DNA of 63,216 nt, filler included, from Phoronis australis (lineage: Eukaryota; Animalia; Phoronida): assembly GCA_002633005.1 (NCBI GenBank). It is 12 parts of 12 records of this genome, joined end to end, with 100 filler letters (N's around TTAATTAATTAA, not from the genome) between each part and the next. Parts side by side here need not be neighbours in the genome. Positions count along the whole stretch, not along the records: positions 36,161 to 41,752 come from NMRA01002307.1; positions 41,853 to 51,518 come from NMRA01001087.1; 10 more parts are not named here. The stretch is one strand, 5' to 3'. The position numbers and the translations under genes were made by a program. Below are positions 36,161 to 49,058 of the stretch, in pieces (the first letter of the stretch is position 1; each line of letters begins with the position of its first letter). Under the pieces are notes generated by a model. The model was not told where the DNA came from and did no database searches. It worked only from the letters and a program-made list of their open reading frames with translations.

Positions 36161-39100
36161 GGCACACCGTACTTCTCTTCATGGTCTGGGTCAAACTTGG
36201 GCAGACAACCTGCAATTATTTGGATTGAGCACAATGCGGAGTGTAGGTGACTATTGGCTATCTTGATTTTGCTACTGCACTAACCACTTTCAACAGCGAA
36301 AAAATTTTTATTTTGACTATTAACATAATGAAATTGGTCTCAAATTGTTTCTCAGTCAAAACAAGTGGTGTGATTTCCAATGGGATTGGAAAGAACTGCC
36401 AGACTTGTTATTGGTTGAGACCAAACTCTGCGCAATGACTGGTCATGGTGTGTCACTTCCTCCACCAAGCACAGCCTTAAGGAAATCATTTCTCATCTGA
36501 GTATGAACAAGTTGAGAGCAACTTCATGGCCGCAAGTGGGATAAATCAAAAGCTAATTCCTTTGAAAGAACATAAGTTTACATTTGCCTAAAGAGTTCTG
36601 TGTCTGCTTTAAACTAATGAAAGATCACGAACCTAAGGCAAAAATTTGCTTACACATCAACATCTAAAAAATTAAGAAATTTACAAGTTAGTAATTTTAT
36701 GGCAAAATTTCAAATTGCTCCTCGGTCCATACAGTGCACATTCATGATTACTCATACAAAAATGATTTGCCAAATCATTAAACTCATCAAAACATTCACC
36801 AAACTGATTTCATCAACCATCCTCATTATATAACACTGCTGCTTTTGAGGAAGTCATTGAACACAGTAATACAAACCCATGAAGTCTTCACTTGAAGGGA
36901 TTCTTGCAGGTTTTGGAGGGGGCCCAATCTGAGACAAGACAGTCTGGAACCGTTGATAAGTCAGTGGAGGGTTGCCTGAGTTCTTGGCAATTATCCTGGA
37001 AGATGTGGAACAACAACTTAGACTGGAAAACCACCACCTGACAATGTTTGACTTTGAGCCGCAGTGATTAGTGCACAGCTCCAGTATCTAATCTCTATAC
37101 TTGAACTTGAACTGATAAAAATAAAAGAGGTCGGGCCCACATGCTGCAAATAATTCAGTGTCCACTGTATTTAAAGTCTTGGCTGAATAAACTGATCAGG
37201 CTTCAATAACTTGGCTTGACATGATCAAATAGTGTTGATGATGTAATGTTGATGATGTAGTGTTGATGATGTAGTGTTGATCATGCAATGTTGATCATGT
37301 AGTGTTGGCCATGTAGTGTTGACCATGAAGTGTTGATCATGTAGTGTCGATCATGTAGTGTCGATCATGTAGTGTCGATCCTGTAGTGTTAATCACATAG
37401 TGTTAATTATCATGTAGCGTTGATCATGTAGTGTCGATCATGTAGTGTCAATCATGTAGTGTTGATCATGTAGTATTGATCATGTATTGTTGATCATGAG
37501 CTGAACCAATACCGTAAAGTTTCTTCAAATAAGAACGCAATATGGCAGAATGGTAAAATTAAATTTCGTCAAAATTTTCAATGAGAGTAAACAACAAGAC
37601 TTGATTGTTTGAAAACCATATTAAGTACTGGTGTCATCAACAAAAACGTGGTGACATTTTGAATACAATTCAAAAATTGAAAATATTACAATTTTGGCCA
37701 TCATTTTTGTTCGAATGTGAGGTAACTATACCGAACGTGTCAGTCCACAAATTGTTTTGTGAGATAGGAACAAGCTGAGACAAAAATTACAACAACAGTA
37801 AGTGATCAATGTCGAAACCTAAAGGTGCATCTCACTCCATTTAGCCGGCTAAAAAGTAAAAATTAAATTTGAAGTACACCAGCATTTTCATATTTGTAAT
37901 TTTAGTGTAAACCATATCGCAGTACGGAATATCATGATGCCAATTTCACAAGAGTATAAGGCATACTTCAATTTTTGCTTTTTAGCCAGCATTATATCTT
38001 TTTGACAGTAGGTTGCTTTTAAGTGTTTATCTCGGTACTAAACGCAGAACTGAACACTTATACCTGATTAACTGGTTTCCACGGTGCCCGATTTAAGAAC
38101 ACTGTCATGCACATTCACAATCCTCACTGTACAAATGGAATGGACGACATAGGCAGTATCAGTAAAGAAACACCATCTCTTTACTATTTGACTAGGTTGA
38201 AAACAGAAAACCCTTCATCAGCACAGGGTCGTTTGCGCAACTCCCGTGTGACAACTTGAATGCAAGGACTGGACTGTAACTGTAAAGCGCCACCTAGTGA
38301 CTGCCATACCCCTGTTGACATGCTTACCGTTCAGGATTGTACAAGGTGTGTGATGTCTCTGTAACCACTTCAATGTTATGCTGCAGCGCCATCTGTGTGA
38401 CCAGACTGTCACGCTCCCTAGCGTACGGCTCTGTGTCCACCTCATAGCCCAGCCGAGTGACCCCCCAGTCTTTGAACACTCTGGGAAACACCTCTTGAGG
38501 ATCCCCTCGCAGCACATACAACCTGAAACAGTTTCATACAAGATGATAAATTGATTAACGGGACGAAATAATCTTCCATAGGGGGGAGAAGGGCCCAAGT
38601 GTGACAACAGCATAGGTCAGTATCGCAGGGCGTATGCCATGCAGTGGTTTAAACTCAGCAGTGTTTGATCAGCTTAGTGGAGAGAGGGTTCTGGACAGTG
38701 GGCAAAGAGAGAGAGAGAGAGTTCTTGGTTTGAGAAAGGTGTCATTGCTGAATGTCTTTTCTCCATGGCCATCTTTACTGACACAGACTGATGTAAGTTA
38801 AGTATGTCACATTCTTTTATTTTTGTCACAAGGTTTGCAAGATACCTTGTGAAGCGCTAATTAGTTTCAACTATTGCAGCAGAACCTTAGTAATTCGTTA
38901 GTGTATTATAATGCCTTTGAATGGAAATGGAGTTATTTTGTTAGTGGCTAACGCATATAATTGTACAGTCAACTGGACATACAAATCACAAACATTTTAA
39001 GTCAGGTCTGAACACCATCTGTTGGCCACATCCCATGACCTGCATGCCGGTTCAAGATGTACATATATTTCAACATACAAACGTTTTGTATATTTCAGTT

Positions 39101-39385
39101 GAACTACGCTTTCAACGGTTTTTGCCACCAGAGGTACTACAAGAGGTTGAAGTACCTAGAATTGAGTGCCTTCAATTTCATATCCAGAGCCTTGAGAGAC
39201 TGAAGAAGAAAGCGCCATCTGTTGAGTCCAACTTTGGCGTTCTTTACAAACCACGGATCCAAAATAAAGATGGGTCGAAATGTTTTCACATCATCTGTAC
39301 ACATCTTCAACAAAGCAGGATTGTCATGGAGACGTAAACCTTTTCTGAACCAGTAGATGGCACTGTGGGTCCTATCTTTTGCCAT
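36161..39385 (-). CDS. (6-4) photolyase (cryptochrome/photolyase family), N-terminal four coding exons: 39156-39385, 38328-38522, 36877-36995, 36161-36209
   Basis: [76 protein letters not shown] sites with consistent phases. PIFILD, EPY and GPP favour (6-4) photolyase over vertebrate-type CRY. Confidence 0.93.
37222..37499. repeat. 14-bp intronic minisatellite, ~20 copies
   Basis: Unit GATCATGTAGTGT(T/C). Confidence 0.93.
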
Positions 39386-39834
39386 GTTCCAATCCTTATG
39401 ACTTAAAAGTCATCTGAAAAATGCACAAATGGCGGATATAAGTGTAACTAGGGTTTTCAGGTTCGTTTTAACTAACTGGACCAACATACAGTTTTGGTAA
39501 TAAATCATCTTCCTTAAACACAAACAACTTTTTTATCACATAAATGCAAATAGGCCACTTCATTGGCACTCCATTATTGACAGGTCGCCTGACTCAAGTT
39601 GTGATCTTCACTGCAAGAAAACTTGTCTGTGGACGACAGGAACTCTAATCAGCCGCTTGACGTTAATAGTGCCATGACAAGCAGCTGAGGTTTTTTTAAC
39701 ATGTTTAATAGTATTGGCTCTAAATTGTGAATCTTGCTGGGTCACATTGAAGTCCATCAGTCAGGGCCTGATTGAATTATACAGACAGTACCTGAGTAGC
39801 ACAGTCTGAACTGTGCCAGTGCAATTGGCACATT

Positions 39835-40630
39835 AGGCCTCGAAATTAAAACTATTTTTCATTATTTTCAATTCTACTTTGATATGAAATCAAGATGAGT
39901 GTCTTTTATGCTCAGGCATGTCATCTGGTTTATGTGGATGATAATCCCATATTGCACTTGATGACCCTACAGCATATTTATGTCATAAGTTGGAGTCTGA
40001 GCTCGTAATTTCGAGTTTTTACTTGAAATTCAGAGTTTTCCTAAAATTTGTGACTCGGATCTAGGGGTCATTAAGTGCGAATTTAGACTTAACAGTGCAT
40101 GGTTAGTATAACTTCATAAGTTAACTCAAGCACAGAATAATAAATAGATATCTTAATTTTGTATTAAATTGGAAAATTAAGTGCCATTTATATTTTTGAT
40201 TTTGGTTTCGAAAAGGGCCCAGGTCTAATGTTTGCGCTTGAAATCAAAAATATTTTTGGCCTACTTATCTGCTCTACTTTCATGCGAATTCAGGATAAGT
40301 GGCTCAGGCTATTACTACATTAGTCTATCATTGCAACAGTACATTCTGGTTTACTTATATGAGGCTCTAGTCCAAGTTTGCACCTGATGACCCCTATGTT
40401 AGTACTGAAAACTCAGAAGCACTCAAGATTTTTGAGTAAAAACTCGAAATTTCTGGTTCGGACTCGAACTTTTAGACTCCATTGAGGTTATCAAAAGCAA
40501 ATCAAGATTAGAAAGTTAATCACGTAAGCCTTTACATACTTGAGCACACACTAATTGACACTTACTTTAATTTCATACAAATGTATAATAGAAAATGCCA
40601 CAAATAATTTGAAGTTGGGCTTCGACTAGG
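39835..40630. mobile_element. Old foldback/MITE pair (two inverted, internally palindromic ~390-bp copies)
   Basis: AATTTCGAGTTTTTACT (~40007) is inverted at ~40435. GCACTTGATGACCCT pairs with GGGGTCATTAAGTGC, and a related GCACCTGATGACCCCT recurs at 40380. Confidence 0.55.
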
Positions 40631-40747
40631 GTAAACATGGTAGGCCTAATCGGCCGGGGGTCGGGCATTGGAATCGGTGGACTCAGGGTTCACGAAGTCG
40701 AAAAAGTCCTCCACCTGACTCTCATGCCTCTGGCTTTCAGCACTTAC

Positions 40748-40860
40748 CAAGAGATTTGGATCGCTTGTGGAACCTATTCAATTAATGAGGTGGGTCAAAG
40801 AACAGGCAATTTATCCTCAAGGGCTGGCGTTTTTTGACTGCACATACGACAGCGACACCA
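40748..40860 (-). other. Probable non-coding first exon of the photolyase gene
   Basis: TTG|gtaagt donor at 40742-40747 next to a CpG-richer stretch; matching acceptor tttttcag at 39414-39416. The 5' end is a guess. Confidence 0.5.
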
Positions 40861-41852
40861 CGAACTGAGCGGGCAAGTTTAAGAAGCGCCGCAGCGACGT
40901 CTACCGGTCGCAATGCTGTGCAAAAATGCAGGTGTGTTGCAGTACGTGAACTTGGAATCCTGCTTAATCTTAAGATTAAGCGGATAGTGAGTGTTGCGTG
41001 AACTTGGAATACGCGAGGTTACTTGACAACTTCACTCAAATAATCACGTTCATGTTCATAAAAATTTGTACTGCACTAAATCAAGTTACATTTGAATAAA
41101 ATTATGTCACTAAATTTTAACCAACCTCTTGAAGTACACCTCGTTATTCACGGTGGACGTTACATGTATTTCACTTTACGGAGAATCTTAGCATATAAGG
41201 TCATGACCTTATGTTCTGGGTCATTTAAATTTTGGTGAAAAATTAATTCAAAAATGAATCTTGTTATACATTGTATTATTTGCTGATTGGTATTTTTTCT
41301 ACTATTGAGTTTATGAAACGAAAACCAGTCAACATTTTATCAAATTGAAAGTATACAAGTATACTTATCATAGGCAAATGTTGAGTTGGCTTACTTAGGA
41401 CAAAATGGTATGGACTTATATTCGAATGTAAAGCCTAGTTTCAGTTATGTTTAATTGTTCCCATATTGCATTATCTGTTTATTTGCAGTGAATGTCTGAG
41501 ACTGGGTAACCACCTCAGTCAGTAAATCCTCTCTGATTCCCGAGAAGACTTTGTTAGAATGTGAGCATCAAGTTAAAATGAGATTATTTCTCAGTAACAT
41601 CAACATATAAATTATTTGTTAGTCTATAATGTCCATGGGCTTTTTTGCCGGGATTTGTAGTTGATTTAAAGATTCTAACGCCTGAAAATTAAAGCTTGTG
41701 AAGCATTTGTACAAAATTAAATTTTCACAACATCAACAGTGGGAATGTATAGNNNNNNNNNNNNNNNNNNNNNNNNNNNNNNNNNNNNNNNNNNNNTTAA
41801 TTAATTAANNNNNNNNNNNNNNNNNNNNNNNNNNNNNNNNNNNNNNNNNNNN

Positions 41853-42164
41853 GATCGCCGTCTTTGCTAAGTTTTCGGGTGGAGATATTGGTTTCAATAA
41901 ACCGTTTTTGGTCTATTGAAGGAACGTAGTCTGAAGTCATTACTCGATATGGTTTCCCTGCTCCAGGTCTTGGGCGGCTCCTATGCCAAGGAACCTTGGA
42001 CATGACGCCACCGTAGCTCTTACTGTGCTCGCGGATGTCGTCAGGATAGCGACTTTTCAGGTCGTTATTAACCAAGTCTGTTTCTGGCGCCTGCAATCTT
42101 GATTGGCGACTAAGCTTACTCTTCAAAAACACAAATCGGTGACACAAGTCCAGCAAACTTCTAT
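41853..42164 (-). CDS. Possible coding exon, unknown product
   Basis: tctttgttgctcag acceptor, then about 104 open codons to the contig end. No motif recognised. Confidence 0.3.
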
Positions 42165-45100
42165 CTGAGCAACAAAGACTTTCATCCACACCCAAATGGA
42201 AGTTGCACGAAAGACACGTGGAAACAGAGTTTATGTCAAAATTGCATACGTTTTCTGCTTGGTTTGCGTTTTCAATTGGGGGACGAGCATAGCTAACGAT
42301 TGCTATCGCAGCGATGTATACCTAAAATTGAAATCATGTGCTTATTTCTTAACAGTCATTTTCAATCATATAGAACTTGATTTTGACAATTGCCAGTTTA
42401 CAGAGAAAGTTGAAGGCCTGCTAAGATATCTCATTCTGTAGATATATGAAAAATGGTGTATAAGAAGCAAAATTTAAAGATAATAATTTAGCTTCTTATC
42501 ACGTACATAAGTCAGTTTTAAATATTCTTTGAACTTTGGTACACAGAAAAATTGAAGGGCAGTGAACTTTACGCTTATTATCAGTTAACTGTAACAAGCA
42601 GGACTATATTTCGTGACATAGTCCTATTTGACTGATTTCTGTCAAACGGTTAAAATGAAAGAAAGCGGGGTTCACAGTTTACTAAAATTCCCGCTTTCCG
42701 GTCACCATCACACTCGCACAACCTCATCCCGACCACGGACTTTTTGATTTCCAGATGGACATGGCACCACCACTGTCCGTATCCTTTGCCATCAGTTATC
42801 AGAATCTTAAACACTTCCGTTGTCAATCATTCTGGAAGCCATTTTCCTGATCATCTTCCACATTTTAGCCGTAGATATTGCCAGTTTGCAGGGCGTCATT
42901 TAATACACATGAATGTTTGCATCCCTACACTTTTGAAAGTATCACCTCTGACGTTACAAATTATTGGAAGATATGGGCCACCAACTACCAACCTTTCGCG
43001 AGCCGTGTTTGTGTGCGTGCATGAATACCTGAGCTTGCACTTGCGGGTTTGCTTGCGCATGTATATACGCATGTGTACGCGAAAGTGGGTATGCATTGCC
43101 GCCATACTTCACTCATTGTTTATTGTTCTTCTTGGCTCTATCATTGCCTTCTTGTTTCCTACGGGATGAGTTCTCCTAGTGAGATTCATCTGTCTAAAAA
43201 CTTGAATTATCTTGCGGCAACGGGTGACAATCATCAAAGTAATTACTCATCACCAGCGTATTAAGATTTCCGCATTGTCGAATAGTCACGGAAGCGAGTT
43301 ATTACAAGCAAGTAGCTGGCACGTGTCATCTATAGCAATGCATGTCGCTCATTTTCATGGCTAAGTGGTTATTGGTGTAAATAAATGATGAATGCTTCGA
43401 ACACCAATCAATCTTTGAGAAATTTGCGCATTACGCTGGGGGCAGGAGGGGGTGCAGATTCGAGCGTAAGATTATGAAAAATTCGAGCCGAACAATAAAC
43501 GAACAGGACAGCACAGACTGCCTCCAGTGGAACACACTAGGAAAACAAGAACAGCAACTGCATCGACAGCAACATCAAGAGAATCATATGCATTAGATAA
43601 AAAATAGAACTTCGGTTTGTCAATTATTCTCGCAAAAACATGTAGCAATGTCTCCGAAAATCACTCAGGATTTTTATAAAAATTGGTAGATCATCAAACA
43701 AGGACTCAAAATTTCAAAAGAGACTGTTATAATACGATGGCAATAACCAGAGTTCGAGGAATGACTGTACGCGAACCTTTAATGCCCCTGTTCCTGAATA
43801 GTGCCCGACAGCCTTGTTATAGCAGAATATCGATATATTCGCCAGAGGACTTCTAAGAGTAACATTTCTTTTTTGAAAATAGTTGCTTGGACATTCGTGT
43901 ATTATTTATAAGGCGGGGAATTTTTGTGCGACATTAATTGTGTGGATTAGGCTGTCTAGGGTGATGTTTGGGAGTCACCATTACGATTAACCGGCAGGTT
44001 TAAAGGTCCTCAAAGCTTTGACAGCGATTGATACGGGTATTTTTGGAAAACAATTCACCAGTGGATTTCGCAATGTTAACTGACCAAATTTCACTTTAAA
44101 ATGTTGGCAAGTCGTTGATGTTCTTACGTTTATAATACTAATAATGATAATGATAGTGACTAATATTATTGTAATGTTATTATAATTTTATGTACTAGTA
44201 CTATGCTTGTACTTTCAGCTCTTTATTAACCGTTCTTAGTGGAGCTACATGTTGTTAATATTTCATGATCAATATTATTCGTTATTTCTTGTAAAGTTTA
44301 CATTTTAAAGTTGCATTTTGCCTTATGTAGCAGGCTAGGAATCGAAAATTGAATTCGCGCTTTTAATCTCACAGAATATTCTTTACTGTGATGGGGTTAA
44401 ATTTCCATTATCAACTCAAGTCACAAACAGTACATGTACGCTTATTACGAATTCACAATTTTATTGCTACCAACTCCAATAAACTCTGATGAGCTTTACT
44501 GAGTTGCTGACGATTTTGGAAATAGAATCCAATCATGAGGTCGATTATATGAGGGTAAAAAGTCTTATTCGATTTTCATTTTAACCAGCTAAACAGGGCA
44601 GTTTTAACTTGCAACCACAAATATCGAGTCAGTGCTTTGTCTTCTTATTCACTGCCTTGTAGAAGGGGAGGCCGTGGGTTTATTGTCGGTGTAAAACTTC
44701 TGGCGTAAAACAGCCGATGTGCAATCAGTGTTTCCCGTTGGTTCATAGTGAACGAATACAAGTTAATCATTTCATCTTAAAGTGGATCTGGACTGACTCA
44801 TCAATTATCACTATGTTGTCTTGTATTATGATTTTTTCATCAAATACATGTACCATTCAGGCGCCACAAAGCATTAAAGTCGTGTGGCATCCTACAAAAA
44901 TGTTCAGAACAATGTATCTCAGATATGCGTGCATGGATTCAAATGGAGCTTTCAAATTGTACATCTATGCATTATGTACTCTGAAGTGTTGCTAGGATTA
45001 TTTTAAAATGAACCACTTGGGTCATGCCGTGAACAATACACTTACACGAAAGTTACGCATTTCTAAAGATATGCGTGGCTTTTCACCGCTTGTCCTCCTG

Positions 45101-48100
45101 AGCGGCTTTTACCGGGATCAAAGAGCGCGTCGCCATAGTTGGACTCAGTTGCGATGGCCGCATTGTCCGGTGCGAGCAAGTCGCAATTAAGTGGAATTAC
45201 CTGACCATAAACTGTAGTAAACATCTCTGCCAGTACATAATGGCGAAATTTCAAAATTCATTAACCAACAGTTTTCGTTAAAAACAAATACCACAGCACA
45301 GCTGTATTCAGATGGAAAAAACCAAATTTGGTTTTCGTTTTTTAAAAATCGATGAACTATTAAGCCAAGAACAACAAACATTGGGTATGATTGAAGATAA
45401 ACGACTGTGCATATTGATAAAGTCGGTGACTTACAAACGCTGGTCAGAGTTAACATACATGTACAACTAAGCTACATTGAGACATTTATAAACAACACAC
45501 AATGACTAAATTAGATGTCAATAACTTTTAAAACATAACTTATGGCCCAGTGCATGCCGAACTACTTTACTCCAGGAGTAGTACACTAACCGGAAAACTG
45601 CTATTCGCTTACTTGCGGTAATATTTCAATGGTTAGCTTGTAGTTGTAATGGAACACCTGTGAAGACGGCTAAGATGGCTAGCTTTGTAGTAAAGGAGAG
45701 AGTGCAAGCAGTGGATGAGGTTGGTCGGTGGGCAAGAGCTGTGATTTCATTTTTTATGACTGAGAAAAGGCTAGAACAGATATGTAGTTACTGCAACCAA
45801 AGTTGTCCAGAGGTTATAAACCTTCAAGTTGGCAATCACTAATTGCACTTTTATATATATTTTATGATTTTAGTTTTAATAAAGATTAAACAGAATTACG
45901 TAACTGACTTCTAAGTTGTTTTGATACTTTATTTAAATAGAAAATAAAAAGATAACAATCCTAACCGGTAAGAAAAAAACAAGTAGACAAGTAATGTAAA
46001 CAGGTGTGAAACATATTTAAAACCAACGTTCCTTTAGGAAGTGGTCCTTTGTCAAGATCAAAATATACCAAGTTAAAACTGCTCTCCATTTGCCAGAGAA
46101 AAACAATTTGGGTGTAATAACAATCACCATTGTTAAGAAATTAGTGCCAGCTATTACCTTAGCACTTCATTAGCTCAGATCTACAACAATGCAAAGGGCG
46201 TGGTTAGTAGGTATCGTAGAAGTTGTCTGAGGCTTAGGGAATCGGAGCGGTGATCAGTGTAAGCGAGAATTTCTCCAGATGTAACAATGACAAACAAACA
46301 TTGGATTTTTTGTTTTTATGAAAAAAATCAAAGTTGCGGAAAACGAAAATGACATAATAATTTAGAAAACGGTAACAGGGTTTTATATATTTCATTTCGA
46401 AAGTTTATACCAGACAAAATTTGTTCATTTTATTGATGCTGTTTTTATCTAAAGACGTGTTCACGTGACCTAATTAAGTGACTTCAAATGCATTACACTC
46501 ACGAGTTCAGATACACGCATAATCCCTTAATTGAATGTTATGACAACCGGTGGTGTAATTATAAACAAATGAGGAATTAAATGATTCATCCTTTTATCCA
46601 TCGACGTGAGTGGCGAACGAGATGACCAACCCGATTAGTGGTTGTATTCTTACGCGATGTGAAGCTGTAGAACGCTATATATTGGGAACAGGTCATTACG
46701 AACCAAAATGAGTGCGTGAAGCTATGCTAGTCTGCAATAAAAATGCTAATGACATATCCACCGTTTGGCGTCAGAGGATTGGAAAATTGTCGCAAGAAAT
46801 TGTTAATGTTTAATACTTATATGTTAAATTATGAATCGACATATGCTTATTTCCCACCACGTCTCCAATTACGATTTTCATTTACATCGAATCTTTGCAT
46901 TTGCGGAGAATGGCTGTTGGAAACGCCACATTTGGTTTTCTTTTTGAAAATTGGCTTCAACCGCGATAATCTGAATTTGGTCACGCCCGTCACACAAAAA
47001 TGACGCAGTTTTTATCCTTCGCACATTACACTTAGTTTCCAGACTTAGCCACGAGTTTTGATAAACGTTTGTGTTAGCAATATACGTGCTTACCTTATTT
47101 CGTGAGGAAACTTAACTCATGTGAAAAATGCAGCAGCGTTCAGTTCATGGAAGTACAGTCTGAAGCGTTTTTGGTGAGCGTCACTTGCTTCAGGAGAATC
47201 CAGCTGCCCACCTATGAGTCTCCCAAAACCTCCTTGAAGTTATTACGCCATTAGTTGCTCGGTCATCGGAAAGCAGTTGTTTGACGTTTGGCATAATCCC
47301 GAATTAATTTGAACCAAAACAACAAATCGACAGTTATGAGATTATTCGTAAACGCTTCATTGATCTATATGTTTTGAATGACACTTGCCTAATTGTTACC
47401 ACTAACACTTCACTCAAATAGGACCACGGACATTGATAAATACATAAAGACATAAATACTATGCGGCTAATCATTTCCCGTTAGGTTATTGTTTTCCTTA
47501 ATGTCCTGTCGAACGTTTTCCGCACTGAACTATTAGTCAGAAAACTGTCACCAACGACAGGATATGTACACGCATCTGTCATTTAGTTTCTTGCCTGTTT
47601 CATTAACTTATCCAGTATTCGAGGAATGATCAGACGACCCACTGATTTGAGAAATTAAAAAAACAAGTTTGCTCGTGCGAAGCGCTACGTCAACAGTGAC
47701 AGGTACGTGTAGTTTGTCAACTCGGCGTCGTCGCTGCCTTGTCCACGTGCGCCGACACTCGAGTACCGCTAAGGGAATAAAACTAGTAAGTAAGTCAACG
47801 CTAACTTAGAAGTTGTTCTCATACCTTGTATCTGAGAACATGCTTAGCGCGGTCGTAGTCAAAAGTAAAGCTAGCAAAGCTAAATCGCACCTCGAGAACT
47901 GTCAAAGTATTTTAAGAGTTCAACAAAAAGATTTCTTTACCAGTTCAGAGCTGATAACTTAAAACATTTACCAATGTAAGCAATAATCCAAAACCGGCGT
48001 TTTTTGGCAGCGAAACCGCTAATTTTCTTTAGAGCTTCTCACTATTAGCTGCCTGACGAACCGAGTTCAATCACGCCACGCGGACGAGGTCATACAGAAC

Positions 48101-48805
48101 ATTCCGCGTACTTTTGCAAATTTTAATGAAAACGGCAAAGTAGTCTGCCCAAGAGACGTCTAAAATCATGATTTAAGTCAACTGACAAGTCGCAAAATTA
48201 CGCGACTGTCATGCTCTAACCTCGGCCTGCCTCAGTGCTGTCATGTTTTGTTTAAAACCTGTTTTCAAGGGAAATGCCAGCCCATGCAGCGACATTTTCT
48301 CTCATTATCGAGAGCCATGCGATTAGCTGTTATCCCCGAACTTTGCACATGTGTATATAAAATACCCCGAGGGATTCTGGATGGAAGACTGCATCTGTGA
48401 CAGCACGCGAGCCGGCGTGGCTAATCGTCCCCTTCTCTAACCTTTCAAAGTCCCGTCACAAAATGTGGTTTTCCTATCATTAACTATGAGTAAAGAACAT
48501 TTTTATCTACTGTATCTATCTATTTGTAACAAATATTCAGGGCAAAATCTTTTAGTCACGAAGTCGAACGCCAGAAATAATCGACAGAATACGCGTAATT
48601 CTCTAATATGACGGCTATTAGCAAACCGAATTCCCCGTTTTGACGGCAGAACTGGAGAGAAATTCGTCATCAGAGTAGCTGGAAAGACCTGTGCTGTATC
48701 TACAGTAGCTTCATTCTGGCTTCCAGCAAGCTGAAAATACAGTCGAGAACTTGACTGCGCTGATTTTCTTTCCTGGAAGGTCACGTGAAATTATTAGGCT
48801 GATAA

Positions 48806-49058
48806 AAACACCGTTTAAGAAGGCTCTAACGTATACATCAAACACCGCTTAAGAAGGCTGTAATGAATACATCAAACACCGTTTAAGAAGGCTGTAACGA
48901 ATACATCAAACACCGTTAAAGAAGGCTGTAACGAATACATCAAACACCGTTGAAGAAGGCTGTAACGAATACAACAAACACCGTTAAATAAGGCTGTAAC
49001 GAATACATCAAACACCGTTGAAAAAGGCTGTAACGAATACATGTACATCAAACACCGT
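48806..49058. repeat. 34-bp minisatellite, ~7 copies
   Basis: Unit AAACACCGTTTAAGAAGGCTGTAACGAATACATC, head-to-tail with no spacers. Confidence 0.95.

Noticed and set aside
36161-39385. Vertebrate-type circadian CRY1/2
   Set aside because: PIFILD, EVDTEPY and GPP fit (6-4) photolyases better. The C-terminus is missing, so a phylogeny is needed to settle it.
48806-49058. CRISPR-like 34-bp repeats
   Set aside because: Units are head-to-tail with no unique spacers, there are no cas genes, and the context is eukaryotic.
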